From the NCBI RefSeq assembly GCF_009914755.1, contig NC_060929.1: 64,000 nucleotides of DNA; one strand, given 5' to 3'. The translations under genes were made by a program, and so were the position numbers. Each line of letters starts with the position of its first letter. Position 1 is the stretch's first letter. This document shows positions 46,280 through 61,293 of this stretch, one piece after another. The notes beneath the pieces were generated by a model that saw only the letters and a list, made by a program, of their open reading frames with translations, made no database searches and was not told where the DNA came from. The DNA is from the human T2T-CHM13v2.0 reference genome, Homo sapiens.

Positions 46280-47900
46280 TTTCTTTAATCCATTTTCCTT
46301 GCTGCTTTGTCTACCGTTGTCTTCTTCACATCCAAGTTACTGAGAAATTTTATCACCGTCTACCTTATGACTTCCATTTCCCTCGTCCTCTTATTCTCTG
46401 CACGTACTCAACACTTGCCCTGTCCACCACTCCGTTGAACTTCTCTCGTTTGTTTCCATTTCTCCTTTGTAACCTGACTGGTGAACGTTTTGCAGTATCT
46501 TCTCTGCTGCATTTGAGCCTATTTTCGAACCAAGCGTGTTGAGAATGTTTGATTTCCAGATCCTTTCTTTCTCCAGTGTCTCCTTCTGCTCTTCTGGCTG
46601 TTCCTTATCAGTCTCTTGTGGACATTTCTTCCTCTACTCTCTCTTTAAATGGCAGAATTCTTCATGAGTGTTTCCATGTGTCCATGTTCTTCTTTTTTTT
46701 TGTTTTTGTTTTTTTTTTTTTTTTTTTTTTGAGACGGAGTCTTGCTCTGTAGCCCAGGCTGGAGGGCAGTGGCGCGATCTTGGCTCACTGCAAGCTCCGC
46801 CTCCCAGGTTCACGCCATTCTCCTGCCTCAACCTTCCGAGTAGCTGGGACTACAGGCGCCCGCCACCACACCCGGATAATGTTTTGTATTTTTAGTAGAG
46901 ACTGGGTTTCACCGTGTTAGCCAGGGTGGTGTCGATCTCCTGACCTCGTGATCCGCCCACCTCGGCCTCCCAAAATGCTGGGATTACAGGCGTGAGCCAC
47001 CGCGCCCTGCCAGTCCATGTTCTTCTTACCACACTGAAACTCTTGGGAGATCATATCCCTTCCTATGACTTTACACTTCTTTACTTTGATGACTCTCAAG
47101 TTTACCTTTCTAGCTTTGATCTTTCCCTACTGAAACCATCTATGCAGCATCTCTCACAGTCACTAAACTATAACAAATGCAAACAGAATTCACCTCCACC
47201 TCTATCTTGCTTTTCTTCCCAAACTTCCCCATTTTGAGGAATCAAGATGACTGAGCCATCAACATCAGGATCCCTTTGGATTTATTTCTTTCTCTTACCC
47301 TGAAATTTGGTCTCTTATCAAGTCTCATTTACTCAGTGTGTTGCTGTCTCAAGCTCTTTCTCCCCATCCTCACTGCTACCATCTTCGTTCAGGTTTTTAT
47401 GATTTTCTCCTGAATTATTGCTAGTGCCTAACCCATTTCCCATAGTACATCAGCATGGCCTTTCTAGAACGTATTTCTGCCTTGGAAAAAGCCCTCGTTT
47501 CCTAGAAGAATGAGAAGCAATGGGAACTCTTTGAGGATTTGGTCCCTGCCAACTTCTCCCCCTCATGCCTGCCATCTCTTCTGACCTCTGGATTCTGTGC
47601 TCCAGCTGTGCTGGACACCTGCAATTGTCCCCGTCTGTCTTTGCTTTGGCTTCCTATCCACTTCCAGTGTCATTCACTCCCTACAGCCATATTTTGTCCT
47701 GGATAGTTTTTATTTGTTTTTTAAGACTTTAATGAGATCTCTTGAGTTCTGTGAAATCCTTTCTGTACCTTTTCCCTAACCCTCTCACCACAGACTAGTT
47801 TAAGGGGCTGTCTGTATGTGCTCCTCAGCTCACTGGGAACTTATGTTTCTATCACTGTTCTTACCAAATTGCATTATAAGTGCCTGTTTATTCATCTTTT
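46280..47900 (+). mobile_element. L2 fragments
   Basis: Pyrimidine-rich L2-type text (gctgcatttga, gatgactctcaagtttacctttctagc, cactgctaccatctt). Confidence 0.6.
46695..47011 (-). mobile_element. AluY
   Basis: gcaagctccgcc, ttcacgccattc and accgtgttagccagg are Y-type features; TSD GTCCATGTTCTTCTT. Confidence 0.95.
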
Positions 47901-47921
47901 TAAAAAACTTACAAAGATCTG

Positions 47922-48345
<424 letters not shown>

Positions 48346-48358
48346 CTAGATTAGGTCA

Positions 48359-48403
48359 TCTAATCTAATCTAATCTGATCTAATCTAATCTAATCTAATC
48401 TAA
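48359..48403. repeat. (TCTAA)n pentanucleotide STR
   Basis: About 9 tandem units, one TCTGA variant. Confidence 0.95.
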
Positions 48404-49299
48404 ACATCAAGCATTTTAATGTAATTGTTTGAATCTGAATTTCCTTCCAATCATTGTTCCTATGAAAACATCATTTTAATGTGCATGCAGTTTATAGTGT
48501 GCCATTTATCTTAACTTTATATAATATTGATTCATAGTCTTTAAGTGTAGGGATGATATTCCACTAAGTTTCTGTATTACCATTTATTTTTATTGTCCTC
48601 TTTTGCTAGCCACTTTAGTTGTAAGCCTTTCTTTTTATTTATAAAGGAACTGATTTTACAATTCTTACATGGCATTTTTCCCTATTTTCTATCAAATAGG
48701 TACTTAGTGAAAAAACAGGATCTTGCATAAGAGGATGCCATGATCAGCCACAGTATCATTTCAATTTCTCCATAATATTTTCTTTATAGAATTATTAAGA
48801 TCAAAGTTGCACCAAAAACAAGGAATTAATGCTGGCACATCATCTGGACACTATTGAAGGAGTGTATGGTTATTAATATTGGACTCAGAGATCCTGTTGT
48901 TTGTTGAAATCTGCACCAGATTTCATCTTGGAAGAAAGTGGCACTCAGGTTCTACATTCATAACCCAAGCAAATACCTGTGATGGATTGTTTTGTTCTCT
49001 GATGCTCTGAATTTTCTCCCATTGAAGTAATTGCTAAGGGAAGGATGGATGCTGGGTGAGATGGGAGAGTGGCTTTTACCAAGAGAAGAGCTATATCCAC
49101 ATAACTTGGAAGAAGATAGTGCGAGGCATTTTGAGCATAGAAGATACTTTGATACTTTCCAAAGTTTTGAACACCTACTGGAAATTAAACAATACCAGAA
49201 ATAATTAATTAATGAACAAATAGGAAATAAACATTTCATTGTCACCTGGGTATATAATTGCTGCAGGGTGACACTCAAGACTCTTTTCTAATATTTTTT

Positions 49300-49520
49300 A
49301 TAGTATGTGTTCCCACTGTTCCATCTTTTGGGTTATTCATCTTTCAATAAGCTTCAGTATATTGACAACTTTCTGGAAACAGAGCTCCCAGAGTACATTA
49401 TTCTAGATGTGGCTTGTTCAGCACTGAGAGGCGGGCTTATGGTTTGCCTAATTCTGACATACATGCCAGTTAGTATAGTCAAAGCTTGCATTTCTTTTAA
49501 GAAACCTCATCATTAATCAA
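49300..49520 (-). mobile_element. Possible L3/CR1 fragment
   Basis: cccagagtacattattctagatgtggcttgttcagcactgag resembles antisense CR1 text. Confidence 0.4.
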
Positions 49521-50067
49521 AAATGCAATTCACCAATAATTCATGACAATGTTAACTCTGTTCTTTTCAAGGCCATGCCCTGAGTTTTTTAAAGTTGAGA
49601 TGAAAGGAACAAATCTGCTAGTTAGGGGTGGGAATTTCAGGCCCTGTAGGAATTTCAGGCCCTGAAGGAGTTTCAGGAAGGTGCCATGACTGGGCAGTGG
49701 GGGAGTTACTTTGGAATAAACAGGATTTCACCTCTCACCTCACTCCATATGTTTCATTTACTCAGCCCAGGCAGGTGGCCAACCTTGATTAGCACAACTT
49801 GACCTCATGTTGGTCTTGCTAGTCCTTGTTGGAGAAAATCTCATCTCCCTGTAGTAGTTACATGCCCAGTTGGCAATGAATTTTTTTATTACTTATTAAT
49901 TAATTAATTAATTCTGGTATTATTGCATTTCCAGTAGGAATCCAAAAGCTTTGGAAAGTATCAAGAAGTATTTAATATATTCCTTTAAAATTAGACTGCA
50001 CATCATAAAATGCTAGACTGAACATAACCTAATGTCGAAATGTCTTTGGGGTCTAGATAGATTTGAG

Positions 50068-50405
50068 TGTCATGACAGACATTTCTATCACTTACTGATA
50101 TTTCTCATTCTCTTTTCCTTCCTGGATCCTTAGAGGATTATATGCCTCTTCCGTTTAAAGTTAGGCATGGTCAGACTCCTTCCTTTAGCAACAAAATGTG
50201 AACAGAGACTCACTTTTAGAGAAACAAATGTTTAAGAGTAGTGTGATTCTCATGGTCTTAACCCTGCCTCAGGAAACTGAAAGCTTCTTGTTGAGAGGTC
50301 AGCATTATGGGTGGGCAGGGTTTGCAACGTCCTGTGTCCTTGAATGATTACAATGAGCAGAGCCCCAATGTGACCAGCGTTGAACAAATAGCCCCCATGA
50401 GATTG
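50068..50405 (+). mobile_element. MLT1I/J-type LTR fragment
   Basis: aagttaggcatggtca...caaaatgtgaacagag...tgattacaatgagcagagcccc. Confidence 0.55.
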
Positions 50406-51113
50406 ATATTAGGTATGCATTGAATATTTTTGGGCAAAACCATGCATACATGAATCAGTGTCCCCTAAGAAAATTATGTGATTTTTTTTGGTGGGAAGAC
50501 AGTATTGGAGTCTTGGCCCCCACGTTGGCAGAGCCTATATTTCTTTTCTGTAGGACTAACATTCTAACACTTATTTCAAGATCTTTCTCTATGCCTTCTC
50601 TGTGAAAAATAGGCACAAGTTTGAGAAAATTGTAATTTGTCTTAAAAGACTATAAATTTTCAATGTTCACGACCTTCTTGCTTATGTAGATTATCCCCAA
50701 ATGAGATGGATGTGAACTGATCCAATTTTGCTTCAAAATTTTTTAGAGGAAATGTTTATTCTTTACAATTTATTTTTGAGAATAAAATGGAGTTTTTTCT
50801 TTTTAAATACATGTTGTCTTGCTAAAAATTTTATATGATGCATTGATTAAAACTTTGCCTGTAATATATGTTTTAATACATTTTGAATAAATAAGGATGA
50901 ATTTTGCTGTAAAGAAATCACAGAATCTGAGAGCAGGAAGAGAACCTGGGCATTGTGCACTTTATTCCTTCCTTGTATAAAGTGGAGGATGTAAGAGTTT
51001 TCAGGAGAATGCTGAAAATTTAATTGGTTAAGTTTTTGACTCAAAAATTATTAACATGAAACATTTAATTGGTTAAATATTTCGACTGGAAAATCATTAA
51101 TATGAAAGACCTC

Positions 51114-51471
<358 letters not shown>

Positions 51472-53223
51472 TCATTCATTACAGATTTTAGGTAATACTG
51501 ATGAGGGGTCCTTTAATTGCTACGTTCACATTTACTACCTCCAGTAACAGAGAAAAAGTGAAGACAGCTGCTGCTTCTTCATTAGTTATTTCTTGATCAA
51601 TGTTTATCAGAGAAATAAATGAATTTTAAATGACTAACAAGGGCTTTCTAGCTAAAAGTGAAAAATGATCAAACATTATTTCTCTCCTGAATTTTCTACC
51701 ATGTTAGTAAATGAGAGTGAGTGATATATATCTGTTCTGATTCTATTAATGTCAGCTAATTCTTACCACATCACTAATGGCAGATGTGACTGACATCTGG
51801 CTCTCCCCAGGACCACTCCAGTCACAGGTGTAGTCCAAAGAAAACTTCCTGGCTAGAAATATCAGAATATTATTTTAACAAATAATTACTAAGAGTATGC
51901 TATATGCCTGCCTCCAATAGTGCCAGACATATAGCACACTCTCAGTAATTATTTGTTAAAATGACACTTGAGCATATCTTTAAAACTTGTCATATAGGAA
52001 AGCAATGGTCTATGGAGTATTAATTTATTTGCAAAGTTACAAGCTATGGAAGGAAAAAAATTATATTTCGAGAGCATGTAGAATATAAAGGGAAGCAGAC
52101 TCTTGTACCCTGAAGGAAGGGCACCATGGAATAGAAGCAAGAGTGGCAGTTGAAGACATTTCTTGTTATTTTATAAATTAGCGTAATTCTGCAATTAGCA
52201 GTCGAGTGGGTGATCCTTCCTTTTTCTCTTAGTTTGATTGACAGGTTTGTAGTTGAGCATAGCTGAGTTAGCATTATTTCCAAATGTGTTTTAAAAGAAA
52301 GTAAAACTTTTTTCCCCCTTTCATTAGTGTCAGTAAAAACCTATTTTGAAAATCCCAAGAAACTGAACTACTTGAGCAAAATGAAGATTGTGGAAAGAGC
52401 CCTTTGATGAACTAATCAACACCTATTCTCTCTTCTTCCACACTGAAAATCAATGTTTTCATCAATTTATCATGTGCACTGAAATGAGATATGAATAGAA
52501 AGTTCAGTCTCATTTTGTTTTCCATTGTTTTAATAGGACACTATTAAGTTAGTGCTTATGAAACATCTATTTATTTAAGCATTCACCTTGGACTCTTCTA
52601 GCATCTTTGATACAACATTGTCAAGAGCCTGACATTTGGTATACTTGATGGACATGCATTTCTGCAGTACACTTGCATTCATGAAAGAAAACAAAGCATA
52701 AAGGTTTAAAAAACCTATATCTGCAATAACAGAACTTCAAAAGAAAGGAATTATATTTTTATTTTTATCAAAATTACAAAAATTCACAGCTAGGTCAGTT
52801 CCATGCAAGGAGACATACCTGTGCCATGTAAAAGTCATTGCACAAATATACTGAAGATACATGGAGGTGGTGTATAGTAGCTACAAGTTCCATGTGAGGC
52901 AAAGTGGCAGGTTGAAAAGAAGTGGACATTGACAGACGCCATCAAGCCCAATGTTACGTGAAGAATTGTAGATGCCTTCCATATCTCTTCTGCCATATTT
53001 AGACACAAAATAGATACTGCTCTAGGAAACATCTCTACAAATTTTTGCAAATAGAGAATTGTAAAGGTGCAGATAATTATTTCATTATATTTGGAAAGTA
53101 GTTTTATGTTACCTCATGTTGTATCTTTATGCTATTTTTAATAAATTAAAATATTTTATATAGCCAAAGTGAATCATTAGAACCCATTATCATTATGTAC
53201 AGTCTTTTAGTATTTAATAAATT

Positions 53224-53699
53224 CACATGCACACATATGTTTATTGTAGCATTGTACACAATAGCAAAGTCTTGGAACCAACCCAAGTGCCCATCAATGA
53301 TAGACTGGATAAAGAAATGTGGCACATATACACCATGGAATACTATGCAGCCACAAAAAAGGATGAGTTCATGTCCTTTGCAGGGACATGGATGAAACTG
53401 TAAACCATCATTCTCTGTAAAGTAACACAAGAAGAGAAAAGCAAACACTGCATGTTCTCACTCATAAGTGGGAGTTGAACAATGAGAACACATGGACACA
53501 GGGAGGGAAACATCACACACGGGGCCTGTTGGGGGGTGGGGGGCTGGGGGAGGGATAGCAATAGGAGAAATACCTAATGTAAATAACAAGTTGATGGGTG
53601 TAGCAAACCAACATGGCACATGTGTATCTATGTAACAAACCTGCACGTTGTGCACATGTACTCCAGAACCTAAAGTAAAAAAAAAAAAAAAAAAAAAAA
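53224..53699 (+). mobile_element. 5'-truncated L1PA (PA7/8-like) 3' end with poly-A
   Basis: ORF2 C-terminal remnant CTHMFIVALYTIAKSWNQPKCP followed by 3'UTR and A-tail. Confidence 0.92.
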
Positions 53700-55014
53700 C
53701 AACAACTTTAGGCATGCTTAGAATTTGTAGTTAATCCCAACCAAATCATATACTAAATCCTAACATATAACATGCGGAATTTTCAAATTTTTTACCTATT
53801 ACTACTTAGCTAATGAACAAAATGATGCCAACAATTCAAATGAAAGGAGACTGATATCTCAATAACCAAATATAAAGTTACTATGAAGTTCCAACTAAAA
53901 GTTATCACAAAGAAAGATATAGGCAGACATAATTAACAGTTTCAAAAATTATAGGGCAAATTTGTTAGTATGGAAATTATTTAGCACTTAGGGGTTTAAT
54001 AGAATACAATTCTTCTAAATTTTAAATAATCAGGTGGTGAAAGAAATTAGAGTAAGAAGTAATATATCTACAGTAAGTTTTAAAAAATTTTAAATTCTAA
54101 TTATCCATGTTTGAATAAAAATATTCATATTTATTACATTTTATAATAAATATTCCTCTTTTTAGGGCCTACAAATTTGAGAACTAGTCCAGCATATTCT
54201 GGTTGGGTTCACCTTCTCTCTGATCATCCACCATTGGCCACCTTTGGGTGACATCTCACGGTAGGTGACCATTGCTGTCAGGACCTGCCAGGGTGCTCCT
54301 GAGTCTAGGACAAGGCCTCATGTCCTTATGCTCCGCAAAGGATAAGGTCTGAGGTTTAAATTGTGTGATGACTTCCTGGAGTCTTCACTGAGCCAAACTC
54401 ACTCCAGTCCTTACATAAAGGAAAGCCACTCCCCTTGTCCTCAGGGGGTCACAGCTTGTGCTGTGTCCTCAGCTGTGCTGCAAATACCTTCCATCTTAGG
54501 CAATCCTTCAGGAGAACAACTCAGGCTTCTACCTGATGTGCTGTCCAGTGGCCTCAGGCAGAGGCAAGTGCAACAGACAGTGGAGCTGTTCTGGTTTTTA
54601 TTCTTGTCTTCTCTGGTGTTAGCTCCCATCAAAATCCAAACCAACCAAATAGAATACAACACATCACTGCCAGGACATACTGCTGGCTCTTCCCATCAGT
54701 TTCTCTGACTAGCCCAGTTAGGTCCAAATGGCAGCTTCAGTTCGAACTGGATGCCTTGCTGTTCTAACCTTTCTATTGTATGCATGTTAAGGTACAAAGA
54801 GAAAACACACTTTGCTTTTTCTGCCACTCACCTTTTAAACCTGTCCCGTGGGATAGACAGTTCTTTCCTTGCCTCTGGACGAACTCAGATTTATATCAGA
54901 GTTTTATTCAGCTACAGTTGGATAATAAAGAGCTCAAATAAAACTCCAGAGAACAGTCTCACTTCAGCCATTAAAATGTCCAGACCAGAGTCATAATCAC
55001 ACTCAAGACACTGA

Positions 55015-55372
<358 letters not shown>

Positions 55373-55384
55373 TCATTCCAGATT

Positions 55385-55387
<3 letters not shown>

Positions 55388-55460
<73 letters not shown>

Positions 55461-55511
55461 CCCCCCTCCCCCTCTCTTCCCCCACCCCTCTTCCTCCCTC
55501 TCCCTATCTCT
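55388..55511. repeat. (CT)n microsatellite and polypyrimidine tract
   Basis: About 35 CT units with rare interruptions, then a C-rich run. Confidence 0.95.
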
Positions 55512-57504
55512 GCTATTAAGCCAATAGCACCAGAGTCTCTCTAGATCTTCTCTTTTGTTTGTGTAAATCAGTACTTAGTCAAGACTGACCTACTGTAAGT
55601 GGCAGAGCCTTACAGGTTGTAAAAATATAAGAACACTTCTGTAAGTTTGATAAATAAGTGACCCTGAGTTACCCAGTCAAGTAGGCACCTCCTTCCCCTT
55701 CCCCTTCCTTCATGATTCTCAGTTTTCCACAGTTCAGCAATGAAGAAGTAACTTCTAGCCCCTCAGGGCTCCAGGATCCTGTTCAGCCATTGGCAAGCTC
55801 TGTGCAACAGCCAGGTGTCAAATATTTTGAATCTCACCATGGAACCAATCCAGACCCCTAAACCTTCCAGGGACATGGGTTAAGCTCTTTGGTGGTACCT
55901 TGAAGCCCTTTTTTGTCTGGCTGCCCTCACCCTTCACCCTTCACAGGCAACTCTATCCAAACTGATGCCTCTAATCTCCACTACAGGGATGGGCTCCCAA
56001 CAGCTGGCAGAACTATGCTGGGCCCTACCCTGTCAAGTAACTCACAGATGACCCCGCAGCTTGCTTTTAAAAGTGAATGACACTTTGCAGGTACTTTTTA
56101 TTCTAGGCTTTTGGCATTCCGCTGAATCAGTAAAAGTTTACTTTTTAACCATCAGTCACATTCTATTTGGTATGAGCACAAATCCACCAAGAAAATTCAT
56201 GTCATTAATAACCTCATTTTTGATTGAAAGCTAATATTTAGCTTCTACTATATAGGACTACTACAAAGATATAAAAGGGGTTTCTTGAGGAGCAGAGAAA
56301 TCATTACGTGACTAAGTTAAAATTTGGCAACAATTTAGATGTTATTTTGGCATCCATGAGAATGTTTGTTTCCATACTAATTATATACATATACATGTAT
56401 ATAAATATAGAAATATATTTATGCAGGTCTGTATGTGCATGCTTATGCAGAAAGAACACTTGGCAATCTACTTGGCACATTAAAATACACAGAGAATTTA
56501 TGGTTTATATTATGAAGAACACAAACATTAAAAAGAATAATCTGTGAGTCGCAGCAGAAAATAGAAAAATAATTTATTAGAAAATTATCTGAGGGTAAAA
56601 GGGGTAAAGATAATGCAAATTGTAGACTTCAGTTTTTCAAATGTGAAAAATGGTAAAAAAAATTGTTCTATTTCATAGGCTGAATAAGCTGAAAATGACA
56701 TTATTCTGAACCATCTATATCTCCCGATTTAAAAATGTCTTCCCTCCGTCTTCTCTTTTTTCATCTCTACTCCCATCACCATCTCACTGAAGTTGTACAA
56801 CATCATGCAGTCATTTATATTCACCTATTTAAAATAAAAACCTAATCATACCAAGCAGAAGAAAAATGAGTCTTATTATGCTTTTAAGAGAGTGCCAAAT
56901 GCCTGATCAGCATCTAAAGAGGATCAGGGAAAGATTTAATTGTTAGCTTAGTGCATTTTGAAATATTAGCAGGTCAAAGATTAAGACAGGGAGATAATTC
57001 TGGACAGAGAACCTAATAAGGTTGCTAATGCATCTCAAAGAGCAAAAGAGGAGTGTGATGTGTTTTGAAAATATTGATGAGGTTTTACTGTGGGTCCTTA
57101 CATGTCTGTGGTACATCTTCATTCCTAATGACAGAGAAGTCTTACATTGCTAATGCAATGGATGCTGCATACTTAATGTCCCACATATTCTCACTGTTCA
57201 GTAAAATGAAGAACTACCTTTTGATGTCACTAAATTACTCAGCTACATATTTTGGTTATTTTAGACATGGGTGCTTTTACGTCTCTCACATCAATGGTAA
57301 CTTTGAACACCTTTCGAATACGAAACTCACAGATTAGAAATTAAAAAAATGGTGGTAGGTTTACATTCAAATATATTAGGGATATATTACAAGACAGGCA
57401 TTGCAAAAGGACCTGAGTTCTAGTTTTCTCCCACATTTGTCCCCCTACTCAGTAATCCTAGAGTAGGAATGATGGAGGTGGAGACATAGTTTAAAAAGAG
57501 CTTG

Positions 57505-57800
57505 GGCTGGGTGTGGTGGCTCATGCCTGTAATCCCAACACTTTGGAGGCTGAAGCGGGCAGGTCACTTGAGGTCAGGAGTTCAAGACCAGCCTGGCCAA
57601 GATGGTGAAATCCCGTCTCTACTAAAAACATAAAAATTAACCGGTTGTGGTGGCGGGTGCCTGCAATTTCAGCTACTCAGGGGGCTGAGGCAGGAGAATC
57701 GCTGAAACCACGGAGGCGGAGATTGCAGTGAGCCAAGATCACACCACTGCACTGCAGCCTGGGCGACAAAGCAAGACTCCAACAACAACTACAACAAAAA
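57505..57800 (+). mobile_element. AluS (Sx-like)
   Basis: Full Alu, cacttgaggtcaggagttcaagaccagcctggcc; (CAA) tail. Confidence 0.93.
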
Positions 57801-59875
57801 AGGTCATTAACTTATTCTTATAAATGATTATTGCTGTTTAATTAGAAGATTCTAAGTGAACTTAGCTGATAATATTTTCCCCAAGCCAGAATAATGAATT
57901 ATCTCAATTATACACGTTTTACAGTTTATAATTTTAGCTCTTTGTATTTTAGAACTCTGAAGAAATACTAACGAAAAATGAAAATTACCATTCAAGAGAA
58001 TTACCATTTCAAGAGTTGGTATGTTTTAGGAACAAAACATACTTAATCATGCATCTGCGATGGATTTCCTAATTTGGCCTCCCGAGTAGGAGGACACCTT
58101 GAGAGGCAAATAGTTCCACAATTATATGGGAAGGAGATGGGAAGGTGCCAGCCAAGAGAGTCTCTCATGTGTATGAAGTAAAGGAATGAAGCAAGGTCTA
58201 GGGAAGCATGCTTTTCTCTGTGTGTCATGGTTACAGCAATGATAGAGCATCTGTGGATGAAGCGTTTCCTGATCCTATTTACTTCATGTGATTATTTGAT
58301 TATTTCAGTAACCACACACTCAGTCACCATTCATTCACATGCTCCTAGAAGAAACAGGAGCCACACCAAATTACATTTTACACATTTTATTCCTGCATTA
58401 AGGATTGGATTATAATGTAACCTTTCTGGACTCTTTTCATTTTTATGACATTTATAGCTTTTGTTACATGCCCTTACATATGCCATGTGGATGGAGTGCG
58501 AGGAGAAGCAGAGAGCAGTCGAATTGCTCAGCGTTCCTCTAAAAAGGACACCATCAAAAGAGGTGAAGGACCAGGACTTGAATATGTTCATTGAAGACTC
58601 TTGTCAATCAAAGAGATCGAGATTGCTGAGAGGCTTATTCTCAGGGACGTGGGTCACCCCCAAATCCACATCCTTTTGGTGATTGCAGGCTGCATTGCCC
58701 AATCTTGATGTGCCTCCAGCTCAAAAGGCTCATGGTTTCCTCAGCCTTGCTGTTTATTTCTCTCCCTTGTTACATACTTTGTGTCTCTATTCTGTCATAC
58801 TTCTTTTCCTCCTCAGCACCGATTTTTAATAGACTGTTACTCCTTTCTAGGATACATTTGAGTGACCAAATTCAGGTATGAAACATATTTCTTCCATTGC
58901 CAACTTCTGTTTTCTCAAATCCTCCTTTCACATTTACAACTTAGCTGAAATTTTCTGTCTACATTCTCTTTTCTTGCCTTTGAACACTTCTCCTCCTCTG
59001 CTCCCCTCCCCAGTAGAATCCAGCCTTCGAAATGCTGCCCTACAGTAATTGTTAAGCTAATTTTCTCCCAATTTTCTTATGGTTTACTAGAAAGCCTTTT
59101 TTGAGTGGTGACAAAAATTCATAAAGCACATTATGCTAAGAGACATTTGCATAACTTGGTATCCATCAATAATTCAAATGTTGATATAAAGCTAAGCATA
59201 GACTTACCACATGACTTAACATTTACGCTTCTAGGTATTCATCCAACGGATTTGAAAAATTATGCTCACACAAAAGCCTGCACATGAATGTTCATAGCAG
59301 TTCTATTCATATTTACCAAAAGCTGTGAGGAATCAAGAAGTCCTTCAAAAGGCCAATGGAGAAACAATTGTGGTACCTCCATACCATGGAATACTATTCA
59401 GCAATAGAAGTACACTATCAAGCCATGTAAAGATATGAATGAATCGTAAATGAGCATTGCTAAGTGCAAGAAGTTAGTCTTAGAAAGCTACATACCATAT
59501 CATTCCGTTTATATTACATTCTGGAATAGAAAAAAAAAAAAACTGTAGAAGCCAAATCAGTGATAGGCAGAGTTTTGGGGAGGAAGACGGATTCATTAGG
59601 TAAAGCACAGGTGATTTCTTTCAAGCCTATAAACCATTCTGTACAGGACTGTAGTGGTGGATACATGACATTATTAACTTGTCAAATCCCATATAACTTT
59701 ATAGTGCAAAGAATTTACTGTAATGTAGGCACAATTAAAAAAAAATCAACCAGAAGATCAGGAAATCCAGAATGGGATGCAGACTGTAACTAAATAATCT
59801 GATCATATTATAAATGTATGAAATAACCTCACTTAAGAGGGTAGGGACAAAGAAATGCTGATTTAATTAACTTCA

Positions 59876-60007
59876 GTCATTGGGTACAGTGTACACGGCT
59901 CAGGTGACAGGTGCACCAACATCTCAGAAATAACCACTTATCCATGTAACAAAAAACAACCTGTTCCCCAAAAGCTATCGAAATTTTTTAAAAAATCAAA
60001 GAAAAAA
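59876..60007 (+). mobile_element. Short L1PB-type 3' terminal fragment
   Basis: tgggtacagtgtacacggctcaggtgacaggtgcaccaa...cctgttcccca...gaaat plus A-rich tail. Confidence 0.8.
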
Positions 60008-60581
60008 GTTATGTATCTAAAAAAATAACTTTGGAATGACTTTAAGACTAATGACAAACTATTAAGCTAGGTAATTATTGTACTCTAGTTGATAAAGTTA
60101 TTTCTTAACAGGTGTGTGACTTCACAATTATGAAAACTCTGTACATGTCTACTAAAATTAAACAAATAAATAAATGGATGGTGGATGATGGGAGCTAAGT
60201 TTTTTACTGTTGAAATGGGGTTAACACATGTTAAATAAAATACGCAGAAAGCCATTGGCCGGAGGCTGCCTCTGTACATTGAGTTCCAAATAACAAACTA
60301 CAACCTAACTTAGGAGTATACGTTTTGTAACAGATACCCAGGTCTCAGCCAATCACAAGAAGTCAAGCTTCGGCCAATCACAGGCAGCCAACTGACCAGA
60401 GCACATCCAAATAAGGCAACTGCAACCAATCAAGCTATCTCTGTGCTTTACTTCTGTGTTCAGCCTATAAAAGCTCATTGCCAAAACTGCAGAGCAGTGC
60501 TCTCTGAATTCTCTTCTGAAAACTCCCTGTTCCCCCAAAACTACTGAAATTAAAAAAGAAAAGAAAAAAATTATTATGTAT

Positions 60582-60957
60582 TGATATGTTTGGTTGTGTC
60601 CCCACCCAAAATCTCATCTTGAATTGTAATCCCCATAATCCCAACACGTCAAGGGAGGGACCAGGTGGAGGTAATTGGATCATGAGGGTGGTCTCCCTCA
60701 GGCTGTTCTTGTGATAGTAAGTGAGTCTCGCGAGAACTGATGGTTTTATAAGCATCTGTCATTTCCTCTGCTTGCATTCACTCCGTCCTCCTGCCCTGTG
60801 GAGAAGGTGTCTGTTTCTCCTTTTCCTTCTGCCGTGATTGTAAGTTTTCTGAGGCCTCCCCAGCCATGTGGAACGGTGAGTCAATTAAATCTCTTTCCTT
60901 TATAAATTACCCAGCCTCAGGTATTTCTTCATAGCAGTGTGAGAATGGCCTAATACA
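60582..60957 (+). mobile_element. THE1D/MSTA-like solo LTR
   Basis: TGATATG...CTAATACA; 5-bp TSD TGTAT. Confidence 0.92.
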
Positions 60958-60980
60958 TGTATTCTAAAAAAAATTAACTT

Positions 60981-61106
60981 GGCCGGGCGCGGTGGCTCAT
61001 GCCTGTAATCCCAGCACTTTGGGAGGCCGAGGCGGGCGGATCACGAGGTCAGGAGATCGAGACCATCCTGGCGAACACGGTGAAACCCCGTCTCTACTAA
61101 AAATAC

Positions 61107-61137
<31 letters not shown>

Positions 61138-61293
61138 AGCCGGGCGTGGTGGCAGGCGCCTGTGGTCCCGGCTACTCCGGAGGCTGAGGCAGGAGAAGGG
61201 CGTGAACCCGGGGTGCGGAGCTTTCAGTGAGCCAAGATCGCGCCACTGCACTCCAGCCTGGGAGACAGCGAGACTCCATCTCAAAAAGAAAAA
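60981..61293 (+). mobile_element. AluY with expanded central A-tract
   Basis: CpG-rich with Y-type features; TSD AAAAAAAATTAACTT. Confidence 0.95.

Noticed and set aside
58461-58682. 73-aa ORF with coding-like composition
   Set aside because: No recognisable homology, convincing splice context or poly-A/TSD
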